Assembly (NCBI RefSeq): GCF_036321535.1
Contig: NC_087472.1
Span: 95,606,001 to 95,670,000, forward strand
Reading direction: 5' to 3'
Source of the DNA: Camelus dromedarius
Lineage: Eukaryota
Length of the DNA: 64,000 nucleotides
Shown here: positions 12,415 through 25,434 of the stretch, piece after piece
How the letters are laid out: each line of letters begins with the position of its first letter
How positions within the stretch are numbered: position 1 is the stretch's first letter
Position numbers and translations under genes: made by a program
The notes under the pieces: model-generated
Seen by the model: only the letters and a program-made list of their open reading frames with translations
The model's database searches: none
What the model was told of the DNA's origin: nothing

Positions 12415-12800
12415 AAGAAGTAAACCAGAAAGAGAAAGAAAAATACTATATGATATCACTCATATATGGAATCTAAAAAAAAATTCATTAATGAACTTAT
12501 CTACAAAACAGAAACAGATTCACAGACATAGTAAACAAACTTACAATGGTTACCAGGGGGAAGGGGGTGGGAAGGGATAAATTGGGAGTTCAAGATTTGC
12601 AAATACTAACAACTATATATAAAATAGATTTTTAAAAAATTCTTCTGTACAGGAAACTATATTCGATATCTTGTAGTAACTTATAATGAAAAAAATATGA
12701 AACGGAATATATGTATGTTCATGTATGACTGAAGCATTATGCTGTACACCAGAAACTTACACAACATCGTAAACTGACTATACTTCATTAAAAAAAAAAG
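12415..12800 (+). mobile_element. L1 3' end with A tail
   Basis: gaagtaaaccagaaagagaaagaaaaatac..ctgactatacttcattaaaaaaaaaa. Confidence 0.92.
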
Positions 12801-12957
12801 AAATAGGGGGAAACTTTTAAAAATAATCTTCAGGTAAAGATCTTTTAAGCATGACCCATAGGTAGAAATCATACAAGAAAAGACTGATACTTTTGAATAT
12901 ATACAAATTTAGGGCCCTTGTGTGACAAATACATACATGACATTAAACATGTAAAAA

Positions 12958-13195
12958 TAACAAGTACTTACAGTGTTTACTAAGAACCAAGTACTATTCA
13001 AAGCACTTTGTGTATTTTAATTCATTTGATCCTTACAACAGTCCTATGAGGTCAATCCTATTATGTCCCCCATTTTTAGGTAGGCAAACTAAGTCCCAGA
13101 ATGGTTACATAAGATAACCAAGATCAGGTAGTATGTAGCAGAGCCAGGATTTGAAACCAAGTGTTGACTCCAAGGTTCTGAATCAATCTGCTCTA
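12958..13195 (-). mobile_element. MIR SINE
   Basis: atccttacaacagtcctatgagg..ccccattttt..agagccaggatttgaaacc. Confidence 0.8.
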
Positions 13196-13199
13196 CAGA

Positions 13200-15250
13200 A
13201 AATCTGGGAAACATGAGCAAAATAAATGATAAAGGCTCATTATCACTGATATGTTTAAAGCTCTAGCAAATAAAAAAGAAACAGAAAAATACACCATTTT
13301 CTATGGACAAGGGCTATGAACAAATAGTTAACAAAAGGGAAATGTAAATGGCCCATAAAATATGAAAAATGTTCATCCTTACTTGGAATCATAAGAACTC
13401 TAACCAGATACCATTTCTCTCCTGACCAGTTTAGCAAAAACAAAAAGAATGATAATGCCCATGGATATTATCTCCTTGCTGGCAGGAAGGTAAAGTGATA
13501 AAACATTCCTGGAGGATAATTTGGATATATATACACCATTTAACTATTCAAACATACATATGGTTTGATCCAGCAATTTTACTTCTACTAACTTTTGTAA
13601 AACAAAGAAGCACATGAAGATGTAGGTTAAGGAAAGTTACTGTAGCACTGTTTATAACACTTAAATACAGGAAAAACAGAAGATTGATTAAATATGCTAT
13701 GATCCCTCCACAAATGGAATACTGTTTAGCTTTTAAAAACAATGATTCACACCATACACAAAAATAAACTCAAAACAGCTTAAAGATTTAAACATAAGAC
13801 AGGACACCATAAATCTCCTAAAAGAGAACATAGGCAAAAACATTCTCTGACATAAATTGTAGCAATATCTTCCTAGGTCAATCTACAAAGGCACTAGAAA
13901 GAAAAGCAAAAATAAATGAATGGGACCTAATTAAACTTACAAGCTTTTGCACAACAAAGGAAACCATAAACAAAACAAAAAGACAACCCACGGGCTGTGA
14001 GAAAATATTTGCAAATGATACAACTGACAAGGGTTTAACTTTCAGAATATACAAACAGTTCATACAACTCAACTCAACAACAACAACAACAACAACAAAA
14101 CCTCCAATGAAAAACTGGGCAGAAGACCTAAACAGACATTCCTCCAATGAAGACATACCAATAGCCAACAGGTGCATGAAAAGATGCTCAATATCACTAA
14201 TTATCAAAGAAATGCAAATCAAAACTACAATGAGATATCATCTCACACCAGTGAGAACGGCCATCATTAAAAAGCCCACAAACAATAAATGCTGGAGAGG
14301 GTGTGGAGAAAAGGGAACCCTCCTACACTGTTGGTGGGAATATAGTTTGGTGCAGCCATTATGGAAAACAGTGTGGAGATTCCTTAAAAAACTAAACATA
14401 GAATTACTATATGATCCAACAATCCTACTTCTGGACATATATACTAAGAAAACTCCAATTTGAAAAGATAATGCACCCCAATATTCACAGCAGCACTATT
14501 TGTAACAGCCAAAATATGGAAGCAATCTAAATGTCCATTGACAGATAACTGGACAAAGAAGGTGTGTATATATGTAATGGAACACTACTCAGCCACAAAA
14601 AAGAATGAAATAATGCCATTTGCAGCAACATGGATGGATGTAGAGATTACCATACTAAGTTAAATAGACAGAGAAAGACAAATACCATATGGTATCACTT
14701 ATGTGGAATCTTTGTAAAAAATGAAAAAAATGAAATTATTTACAAAACAGAAAGACAATCATCACACATATAGAAAACAAATGTATGGTTACCAAAGGGG
14801 AAGGGGGGAGGGATAAACTGGGAATTCGGGATTAGCAGATACAAACTACTATATACAGAATAGATAAACAACAAGGTCCTACTGTATAGCACAGGGAACT
14901 AACTTGTAATAACTTATTATGAAAAAGAATATATAACTGAATCACTACACTGTACACCAGAAACTAACACAACATTGTAAATCAACTCTACTTCTACTTT
15001 AATGTAATTAAATAAAAACAATGATGCATATTTCCATCTCCTGATATGAGAAAGAGGGTTATGAGATACTGTTAATGAAAACAGTAGGTTTACAAAACTG
15101 TTTCAAGTATAATCTCATTTTTTAAAAATCTGTGTATAGATAGATTACAGATTCTCCCTGGGTCATGGAGGTTTTTTAATATCTCTATAATGTTAGCTTT
15201 AGTTTCATATAACTCTTCATGTATTTCATACATTACTTTTATAATCATAA
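13200..15250 (+). mobile_element. Ancient L1ME-like 3' region, split by a younger L1
   Basis: Decayed ORF2-end motifs at 13200-13746, resuming after 15025. Confidence 0.65.
13747..15013 (+). mobile_element. L1, 5'-truncated (~1.27 kb), ORF2 C-terminus + 3'UTR
   Basis: ORF 14107-14463 (..[28 protein letters not shown]..) is the ORF2 Cys-rich domain. TSD aaaaacaatgat at 13735-13746 / 15014-15025, on a canonical TT/AAAA site. Confidence 0.97.
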
Positions 15251-15649
15251 AAAAGCCAATCACCTTGTTTCTAGAAGTTTAGAGCTCTGAAACACTTTCC
15301 AGGCCCTAAAATGATTCCCTTCTGAAAAACCTACCAACAAGAAGACTTTACTGTTCCCCATCTCAGAGAACATGTATGTGACTGATTTTGCTAGAAATAT
15401 AAGGAGAACATATATGTAACACAATAAGGACTCTTCGATACTCAGAACTGCCCGAGGGTTATGCCTCATGGCCTCCAACACCATATCACCTACTTGTCCA
15501 GCTTCTGAATCAGCACTCATCTGAGAGCTGAAAATAATGATAGAGATGACAAATCACAGTTCCCCAAAGCTTATCAGCCAACCCAATAAAAGTAAAAAAT
15601 CAACTCAATAACAGATACTTTCATATGGGTTTGAGAAGGGAGGGTGAGA

Positions 15650-16190
15650 GCCGAGAAAAACTCATTTCAGAAGCACACGCAATTACCAGTCGCTGAATCG
15701 TGGGATTTCTTAAGCAAAGGTGTCATGCTCAGAGCCAGGGACAGTCAGGAGCTGCAGAACGTCCTCACCTGCTGACTGATGAAAATGACTGACGCTGGGG
15801 TGCCAGCTGAAAAATCAGTTCTTCACATCTACTGAGCTACTGCCCCCACACAGCCAGCAGCGGCAGGTCGCGGGAAGGGGACACTGTTGTAGTTTGTTGT
15901 TAATGTGCACGATCCATTTATCTGGCCTTGCAGCTCAAGAGTAACAAAATCAATAGGCTGCTCGAAACTAAGAAACGGAGAAGTTGGGCACCAACTCCAT
16001 TCCCAGCCCCCAGAAGCATCCTCAAACTCAGCCACAGACAAACGACAAGGGGGAAGATTCCTCGTCCTACGTCATCACTTTTCATATTCTCGGTCTTTCC
16101 TACTTCTCACAGTAATAAGGAGAGCCCAAAGTTTTGTGTATTCCTAATGATTAGGTCACTTCTGTTAAAAGTGGGAAAGTAAGTGTTCAT
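15650..16190. promoter_or_regulatory. Candidate CpG-retaining enhancer/promoter patch
   Basis: About 16 CpGs in 15652-16092 within unique sequence; CRE-like TACGTCA 16068-16074; E-boxes at 15766 and 15804. Confidence 0.4.
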
Positions 16191-16469
16191 TTTCAAAGGC
16201 TCCTCAGCTCTTTTCCAGCCTACTCACCACTTGCTTTATGTCCTAGTGGCCCAAAAAGTCCTCTTTCAGTACATGGAATTGTCCTTCCAAAGGGCAGAAC
16301 TTAGTAAGTCAGGGTAAGAAGTTCAGAAAACTCATTTCAGCCCTTGCCAATCTATAAATTAAGAAAATATAGAGCTTGTTTTAGTAAATCATTTATGTTT
16401 AAACTGCATTTTGAGAAAAGACTTGTGCGGTTCTAATGTCTGCAGCTTTTTGTAAATAAAGTTAACAGA

Positions 16470-17110
16470 ATTGTGGAAATGCAAGATAGTACAGACATTT
16501 GGGGAGAGAGTTTAACAGTTTCTTATAAAGTTAGGTATACACTAACCATAGGATCTAGCAATTTCCCTCCTAGATGAGATGAAAATTTATGTTCTCATAA
16601 AAACCTGTGCATGACTATTTTATAGCAGCTGTAGTCACAATATCCAAAAACTAGAAACAATCAAAATTTCCCTCTGCTGGGAGATATGGGGTGGGTAAAC
16701 ACACTGTGGTACATAAACAGAATGGAATACTGGTCAATAATAAAATGGAACAAACTACCAAGATATGCAAGAACATGTGAATTTCATAAGCATTTTGCTA
16801 AATGAAAGAAGCAAGACTCAAAAGCTATATATGGTATTATTCCATTTTAATTACATTTTAGATATGGTCAAACTATAAGGATGGAAAAACAGATCAGTGG
16901 TTGACAGGAGTTGCAGGTGTGGGGAGGGGCTGACTACAAATGGGCAGCTGGGTGGAATTATTTGGAGTGATGGAGCTGTTTTGTATCTTGATTGTGATGG
17001 ACATTATATGACTGCCTGTGCTTGTCAGAACTCACAGGGCTGAGTCAAAACTCACACAACAGGAGTGAATTTTATTGGATATAAATCATATCCTAAATTT
17101 TTAATACTGA
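16470..17110 (+). mobile_element. Old L1 3' end (L1MC/MD-like)
   Basis: cagtttcttataaagttagg..gcattttgctaaatgaaagaagcaagactcaaaag..tttgtatcttgattgtgatgg. Confidence 0.85.
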
Positions 17111-17544
17111 ACAAAATCCAGGTAGAAAATAGAATTCAAGGAATTCCTTTCCAGTGGTAAACCACTTTGTCTCTCATCCTGATACATTTTCCTGTTTCAC
17201 CATCCTTGCTTACGTCACATTCTCTCCTGCTACATTTGGGCTAGAGTTAAAATGCAATTTGGAGCTGAAGCAGACAGGACTCCTGAGCGTATACCCTTCC
17301 TTGCAAGGCTCTACTACCATGGACAGAAGCACTGGCCTGGCCAGTCCAGATAAAAATGCATTCACGTCTGCTCAAGTCTCAAAACGTTTCCTCCGAAAGC
17401 TTCCTGAAAGAGTTCGATCCAACAGGCAGGGATGTCACATAGAGCACTAGACAAAAAAAAATCAGGAGTCCTCAGTAGAGAATAACCAAATCTGCCACTA
17501 ATTCACAACGTGACCTTAAACAAGTTACTTCACATTTATAATCT

Positions 17545-17960
17545 GTCAAGGTCTCAGCAGGAAAAAAAACCAAGTCAAGTAGCTCAAGAGACTTCCAAAG
17601 CATTGGTAGGGTGAAGAGAATCAATAGGAGTGCTGAAACACCCAGACGTTAGCAATAATGAGAAGCTGTTTCCACCCTCAGTCCTGAAGATGCAAAAGGA
17701 GGAGGTGATGGTGTTACAGGGACCCAGTGAGATATGAAGCTGTGAAAGAGGGACTTTCCTGGCAGGAGTTATGGTTATGAAAGAATGACCCAAAGCCAAA
17801 ATTACCTCCCAAAACTTGAAAACACCATTTCTCTCCTCACCATCCCAATTTCCTATTGGTGTTTCCCATTGGCTAAACCCAACAGACAAGCTGGAAAGGG
17901 AGCTTAAATGGTTGTGGTCCACCTCCAGGACTCAGGTCAGGGCAGAGAGGGTCAGATAAT
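17545..17960 (-). mobile_element. ERVL solo LTR (LTR41-like)
   Basis: cccattggctaaacccaac..; reverse-similar to the element at 27500-28000. Confidence 0.55.
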
Positions 17961-17987
17961 GGATCCTAGGTCAGATAATGGATCCTA
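17950..17987. repeat. Perfect 19-bp tandem duplication
   Basis: ggtcagataatggatccta x2. Confidence 0.95.
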
Positions 17988-20900
17988 GCAGAATGAAAAG
18001 AGCAAATTAAGAATAACGAAGACCACATTATTTACTAAAGGCATGAAGACTGACAACTTCTACAGTCCTTGATACGTAAAGTCTATGAATCTGACAGTCA
18101 ACTTTTGAAGCCTCCCGCCACGTTCCCTAGGAACCACACTTTCACATAGAATAATTCTGATTTCCTCAAGAATGTAATTACCTTCCGTCATTGAACAAAA
18201 ACATATTTTTCATCCAGCTACATTGAATTTTACCCAGTGGTAGATGGTCAATATCCTTAGTCATGCACAGCTTCTTTAGAAAAATTCTCAGTTGCCTATC
18301 AACTTTGACCAAGATGCTTCAAAGGATAACTGTATGACCAAATCCTGACTTCTTCAGTTAAAGATCACAGAGATTTGTTCTGGTAAAGAGTATTGCCTTC
18401 TGGTAGGGCTTCCTGCCTCACTCTACCATCTCAGGATATAGAATTATGAATATATATCTGCATACAATATAGATATGAAGCAGAAATAGTCTGAAATCAT
18501 CCAATTTTTTAAATTTATTTCTTACTCTGTATATAACGTACTTCTGTTCTGATTCCATAACTATATAAAGGGTTATAAGTATGTATGTTTGTATGTATTT
18601 GTATTTATATAAAGTTCCAGAACTGAAACACAAACTGCATGGAAAACTGGGTCACTTGAAGATAAACACAGTCTATTTTCAGTCCTTAGAGCACTGCTTA
18701 GGACTTAGGAGTTATGACACCTGCTTTACTTTGATTTTTTTTTTCACAATCCCCCAAGTGACACTCTTTATTCTTCCCTTAAACTCAGAAAACTTTTTAA
18801 TCTCTGTGTATGTTTCCAGCTGCAATGGGAATAAAACCAACTCTGTAACATGAGAAAAAGAACTACAAAGGGGAGCAAGCTAAGCACGGCCTTAAGCAGT
18901 GTAACTCTGTTGTGCTTTTAAGTCCACAAACTATATTCAGCATGGCACTGGTGTTGCCACCCAACAAAACATAAGTCCTGCCGCCCCTCTCCGGCCCACC
19001 GCCACTGAACTCTCAGTGGTGGTCGTGTCCAGGGTGCTTCATGAGAGGATGTAAGTAGTATTGAGGCTATTCTTTCTCTGTCAAAGCCCCAATGTTCTTC
19101 ATCTATCAGGCATTGAATTGTTAGAATGATGCTTAAGTGTATCAATGCATTAAGCAGGTCATCTGGGGCTCCCAAACTGAAAGGAAGGGGCTAAGCAGCA
19201 TGTGGATTGCTAATGCTCTTACAAGTTAGGGTCTTCTTCCAATGTAAAGCCTGCCAGGATCTACTCCCAGGAAGTACAGTTGGACAACAAATGGCTGGGT
19301 TTGAGCCGCACTGATTTTCTGAGCTGTTCCATGTACCAACCACATGGCTAATCGGCCTCACAGGGTGAAGGTACAGGCCCTCAGGTAGCATTCAAAACGC
19401 TGCACTGAGCAGATTCTCAGTATCACACAAGAGTACCTGCAGCTCTGACACATCTCCAAGGCCTGAGGCAAAGTGCAAAGTAGATTCTTCTCAGAAGCCT
19501 TTCCTTCCTTCTGAATCACCTTTCCTTCTACCTCTGGTCCCCAACATGTCCTCATAAAAAGCCATCCTTTTTCCTCTGCTTCCCCTTCTGTCGTCAAAAT
19601 GACCTATGACTCATGAAAGCCCCAATCTGCACGACACCCATCAGTGGCTATCTTTCCCCCAAAGAGTCCCTCAATCCAAAATCATTTCTCCCTCCCTAAC
19701 ACCTCATAAGAGGTGGATAATGGAGAAGCTTAATATCCTCTAGACGTATCTTAATTTTGAGGTGAAAATTGTTAAACCAAAATAATAGAGCACTCAAAAA
19801 AATAACTAGGGAAAGTGCTTTTCCATTTTCAAGGAACTTTGCCTCCCTCAACTGTCCAGAGTAAAGACAGCGGGAAGGGCAGGGAACTCTCTTATCATTT
19901 CAAACTTCCTTTCACAAAGACAGAAATAACTTCCAGTCTGACCCCCTCCAGTAGGAGGGAATGAAGGAACACCTCTTCCTCCTCCTTCTCGAAGCCATCA
20001 TTCACTTTATGATATCCTATCTACCTTATAAAGCAAGGTTTTAACGAGGTCATTAAATCTATTTTAACAATTTCTATTAAAATATCCTTTTTGGAAATAA
20101 GTTTATGAAATTTTTGTCAAAGACTCCTAACCTCCAAATGTATGCCACTAATCGCATAATTTGAAATTACTCTTTTTTAATTAACTTCTAACTTTGGGGA
20201 TCTTATCTTTTTCTTGTAATGAATCCTAGCTTTCAGTTTTACTCCATGTTATCTATCTTAATACTTTTTTGGAAATAAATGTGCTGTAAGTAAATGTCAA
20301 AAAATATATTTAAAAGACCTCCATAGATAACAAATACAGTTGTTCTGATTCTTGCAACCAGTACTGAGTTAAATGTTCATATGGGAGTGAGATATTAACC
20401 TCTAAGCTGTAAGAGGACCCAGGGCTGAAAAAGCTAATGTATCACTTAGATACTAGCAACTTACTATGTAGAATTGGACTCACCAGCTAATACAACTCAT
20501 ACACATTTAAAAAATGACCTTTGGAAAGCTTCTTTCTCAGAACAAACTGTCAACTCTCTTCCTTGAAAGATGTCTCTATCTAAAATGATATCTCGGCTTC
20601 CCAACTGACTCCACCCCACTCCTACTGACAGACTAAAATGCAAGAAGACCATCGTAGATCATTCTTGTTGTGTTGGGTGCTTTTTGAAAGAAGAAGCAAG
20701 ACTGGCAAACAGCAACTGAAAAATCCATTAAATAAATCTATCAACAAAATGCAGAATAAGCTTGAAAAATAATGAGACCATTGCTGAATGAGGCAGATGG
20801 CTTGGCAACCCTAAAAGACTAATATCAAACATTCATTTGAGCCTTCATCTAGCTTCACTAAATTAGTATGTGAATTCAAACATTTGTCTTTTGATATTTC

Positions 20901-22734
20901 TTTCCCGGTGATGGGAATTGTGTGAGGAAGGACCACTAGCAAGAGAGGAGGAAATGCTAGCCAAAGAAAATGGCACTTGTAAGTCATGCTGACACTAAGC
21001 CTTATGGGGGTATAATAGAATCTATTGGAGACCTTCCATCTATACCTCAAAGGCCTAAGGACATATTTGAGTTCTTCTCTCATGTGTAATTATCCATAAT
21101 TATTGCCCCAAGTTTTTCAAACTTTGCCACCACACTCTCCGTGCATTGCAGTAGAATTCTTGCCATGCTATTGGTGAGCTGATCTTCAAAGTTATACATT
21201 CTCCCAAGCAGCAAAAACAGACTTTCGCCCTCTATGAGTTCACAGAGGGGTGGGGATTGAAAAGAGAAAAATCTCTTGCAATCTCATATGTAAAATGTAA
21301 GATAATCTTATTAAAAAACACAGCCCTCAAACAGTTTATTATTTAGGAATATTAGTGTTGGTCACCAAATCATACAAAGACAATACTGAAATATGTGTGT
21401 GTATATGTGTGTTTCACAAGATCCACTTAGATTTTCTACTCAAAAAATAAAAATTTCAACACACTAAATATTTATAGGAGACCATAAAAGAAAATTAGCA
21501 GTTAAAAAAGGAAGCCACTACAAAGGAAAGGACTTGCCATTCACTCTGGAAAAGTCAATGTTCATCTCTCTTTTCAATGACTCACTTTATTTCATGGACC
21601 CAATAAAGGAGGAAAATGAAAGATGTTCAAAATGCATCAACAGAATATGTGAGCAGGATTAAAGGCAAATTAAAAAGACTGGACTTATTCTCTCTTCAGG
21701 GCTGTCAGTCAAAAGGATTCTTATGGTACTGGGGTAAAAACCTAAGTCATCCCACAGAACTCATAACCCTAATGAGAAGAAACATGATGATTCATAAGCA
21801 TAAAATACTGACGCATGATGTGAGCCTGTCTTCAGTGAAAACGTACTTCTAGTTAGACCAGAATTGAGCTACGTGTAGAATGGGAAAAGCATTACAACCT
21901 TTCTTCCCAGTATCCATGTTGACTCTGTGTGCCAGAATCTAGGCCAAAAAAGCTGAAAGACTCACCCACGTATGTATAGTGCAGTCCAAGAGGAAAAATT
22001 ACTTAGAAGGAAATATACAAAAATGTTACTTTACAGTGAAAACCCTCCAGAAGGTCATGGATTCATCTTCAACAATTTTCTGCAGTTTCCATATTGTTTA
22101 CAATGAGCATATACTAACTTTACACTCAGAAGAAAACACTGCATGCTTTCAAAATGTTAAGATGAATTATGAAGATAAATAAATTCTTTAAACTGTTTTC
22201 CCAATTTGCCAGTTAGGGAAATTGGGCCAGATTCTACCATGAGGCTCTCACATGAAACATTTCCCAGTATCACTAAAACAGCTGTTTCTCATCCTTTTAA
22301 ATCCATAACCTGTCAAACCAAGAAGTTGTTTCATATTTTAACTTTAAAAAAATGTCTAAACCATCCTTTGCATATAGAGTTATTAGTCAAAGCCTCAAAT
22401 TACAAAGGGTTTCTTGCTTTAGCTCTATGTCTTAGGGAACATGGACCCAATAAAGGAGGAGTTAATAGATAAAAGATTTTTCCTCTAGATACCAATTGTG
22501 TTACATCGATTATAATGTAAAATTCAAGTGTATAGAAATTCACTTGACAGCTACTAAACAAGACAGCATGAGCAAGAGTAATCTAATATATACTAATTTC
22601 AGCGGAGAAAATAAATGTTTGTGGGAGGGGAGAGTTTAAAGTGGCATTTAAATGTAAGTACTATTGTAAGTACTATTTCACTGTAAGTTCCCACTGTGCT
22701 TCATACAATGCTCAGCACACAGTAAATAGTCGAG

Positions 22735-22950
22735 TGGTTTAGTGGAAAGAACAGTGGAACAGAAGTCAAGAGGCCTGGATTCTCCCTCCAGTGTCACCAC
22801 TATGTAATTAGCTAACTTTGAATCTATCGTTTCATCCATTTCCTCATCAGTAAAACAGGAACTGAATCTACCTTGCCTGCTGCAGAGGCCTGGGTGAAGA
22901 TGACAGAATGAATGAGAATGAACATTTTATTTAAATTATAAAGCATTTTC
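22735..22950 (+). mobile_element. MIR SINE
   Basis: tagtggaaagaaca..gaagtcaagaggcctggattc..tttcctcatcagtaaaa. Confidence 0.7.
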
Positions 22951-23660
22951 CAGTTGACTAATTTACTCCTTTATATAATCTTGATATGCAAAGAAAAACT
23001 GTATTATACAATTGTATCTTATCATCACTAAAATCCCCAAGATCAACAATAATCAAATTCTACCTGCTTCTCTAAGTACATTTTGGGACATGAAATGGTT
23101 GGATGTCAAAGCATCAAAGATATCTGAAGGGCTACTCTCCAAGTTATTTGAAATTCTCAATATAATTTTGAAAATTCCCTCTTCTGAGACTCAAGCCACA
23201 GTCATTTAGGATTTTGACAACTGGCACACCTCATGGGACTAAGCAAGAACTTTGTTTCTCCTGCCAGACCCTCACTGCAGAAAGTTACAGCTGCTCCGTC
23301 ATCTTACAGAAGAGGGGTGCTGGAAAATCCAAAATAATTCATTTCTATTTCAACCTGGAGTGACAAAAGGACACTGGGAAAAGTTAAGAGGAAAACACAA
23401 GGACACTGAAATGACCTACACGCTGATGGTCAAGTAGGCCAATGGTGTCAAAGCTTTGAAAATGATCAGAACATAACAAACCACACAAAGTTGGTTCACT
23501 TTACACCAGCAATCAGCAAACTTTTTCTAAAGGGCCAGAGAGAAAATACTGAAGGCCTTGCAGGCCAGGCAGCAACTGTCACAACCACTTTACCCTGCTT
23601 TGGCCATGTGAAAGCAGTCATAGGCAATACATAAAAATATGTTCCAATAAAACTTATTTA

Positions 23661-23729
23661 TGCTGTATACCTATAACACTGTAAGTAAACCATACTTCAA
23701 TACAAAGAATTAATTATAAAAATTTAAAA
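23661..23729 (+). mobile_element. Very short L1 3' terminus with A-rich tail
   Basis: tgctgtatacc..aacactgtaagtaaaccatacttcaata resembles the L1 terminal tgctgtacacc..aacactgtaaatcaactatacttcaata. Confidence 0.7.
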
Positions 23730-25012
23730 TACATTTCCACCAACAGTGTAGGAGGGTTCCCTTTTCTCCACACCCTCTCCAGCATTTATTATTTATAGAC
23801 TTTTTAATGATAGCCATTCTGACAGGTGTGAAGTGATACCTCGTGGTAGCTTTGATTTGCATTTCTCTGACAATTAGCAATACTGAGCATCTTTTCATGT
23901 ACTTATTGGCCATCTGTATGTCTTCACTGGAGAAATGTCTGTTTAGGTCTTCTGCCTGTTTTTTGGTTGGGTTGTTTGTTTTTTGTTTTGTTGTTATTGA
24001 GTTGTATGAGCTATTTGTATATTTTGGAAATTAAGCCCTTGTCAGTCTCATCATTTGCAAATATTTTCTCCCAGTCCATGGGTTGTCTTTTCATATTTCT
24101 TTTATGGTTTCCTTTGTTGTATAAAAACTTATAAGTTTAATTAGGTCCCATTTATTTATTTTTGCTTTTATTTCTATTGGCTTGGGAGACTGACCTAGGA
24201 AAACACTGCTATGATTTATGTCAGAGAATGTTTTCCCTGTGTTCTCTTCTAGAAGATTTATGGTATCCTGTCTCCTGGAGAGGGTGTGGAGAAAAGGGAA
24301 CCCTACTACATTGTTGGTGGGAATGTAAATTTGTGGCCACTATGGAAGACAATATGGAGATTCTTCTAAAAACTAAAAATAGAGTTACCATATGATCCAG
24401 CAATCCCACTCCTGGGCATATACTCAGAGAAAACTCTAAGTTGAAAAGATACATGCACCTCAATGTTCATAGCAGCACTATTTACAATAGCCAAGACATG
24501 GAAGCAACCTAAACGTCCACTGACAGATGATTGGATAAAGAAGATATGGTATACAGATACAATGGAATACTATTCAGTCATTAAAAAGAATGAAATAATG
24601 CCATTTGCAGCAACATGGATGGACCTAGCAATTATCATACTAAGTGAAATAAGTCAAGCAGATAAAGACAAATATCATATGATATCACTTATATGTGGAA
24701 TCTAAAAAGAATGACACAAATGAACTTATTTACAAAACAGAAACAGACTCACAAACATAGAAAACAAACTTATGGCTAATGAAGAGGGAAGAGTGGGAGG
24801 AGGGATAAATTGGGAGTTTGGTATTTGTAGATATTAACTACTATATTTAAAGTAGATAAACAACAAGGCCCCACTGTATAGCACAAGGAACTATATTCAA
24901 TATCTTATAATAAGCTATAATGAAAAAAGTATGAAAAAAAATGTATAACTGAGTCATTATGCTATGCACCAGAAACTAGCACAACACTGTAAATCAACCA
25001 TATTTCAATTTT
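23730..25012 (+). mobile_element. L1 with 5' inversion (antisense 23730-24274, sense 24275-~25012)
   Basis: ORF2 peptides on the minus strand (23710-23913) then the plus strand (24463-24705); 53-bp inverted overlap at the breakpoint. Confidence 0.93.
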
Positions 25013-25434
25013 TAAAAATTTTAAAAGATAAAATAATGTGAAATTTTACCCACCTTACTAAAGGTAAAATCTATATTCATTAGATATTAAAATAAGACTT
25101 ATTTATGGATGTTGAATTTTGAATTTCATATAATTTCCAAATAGTATGAAATTTTTCAAATATTATGAACAAATATTCTTTTGATTTTTTTCAATACTTT
25201 GAAAATATAAAAACTATTCTTAGCTTGCAAGCTGTACAAAAGCAAGCCATGAGATGGATATGGCCCACAGATCAACTCCTGTTTTAGATGAAGAAATAGC
25301 ATGAATTTAGTCCAGGCCCCCCAGAGCCAGATTAGAAGACAAGAATCAGTGTACAAGTAAGTTATTAAGGAAGTTCTGCCATGGGAAACTCATCAAGGAG
25401 AGGAGGAAGCAGAGAACAGGAAAAGAAGAGACAA

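Larger units (their letters stand above)
23505..25281 (+). mobile_element. MER58(B)-like hAT-Charlie element, split by nested L1s
   Basis: 5' part tcagcaaactttttctaaagggccag..gttccaataaaactt; 3' part 25108-25281. TSD aataaaacttatttatg (23646-23662) / aataagacttatttatg (25091-25107). Confidence 0.8.

Noticed and set aside
22653..22676. 12-bp tandem repeat tgtaagtactat x2 (also a 28-bp-period imperfect repeat at 34338-34387)
   Set aside because: Ordinary slippage-scale duplications.
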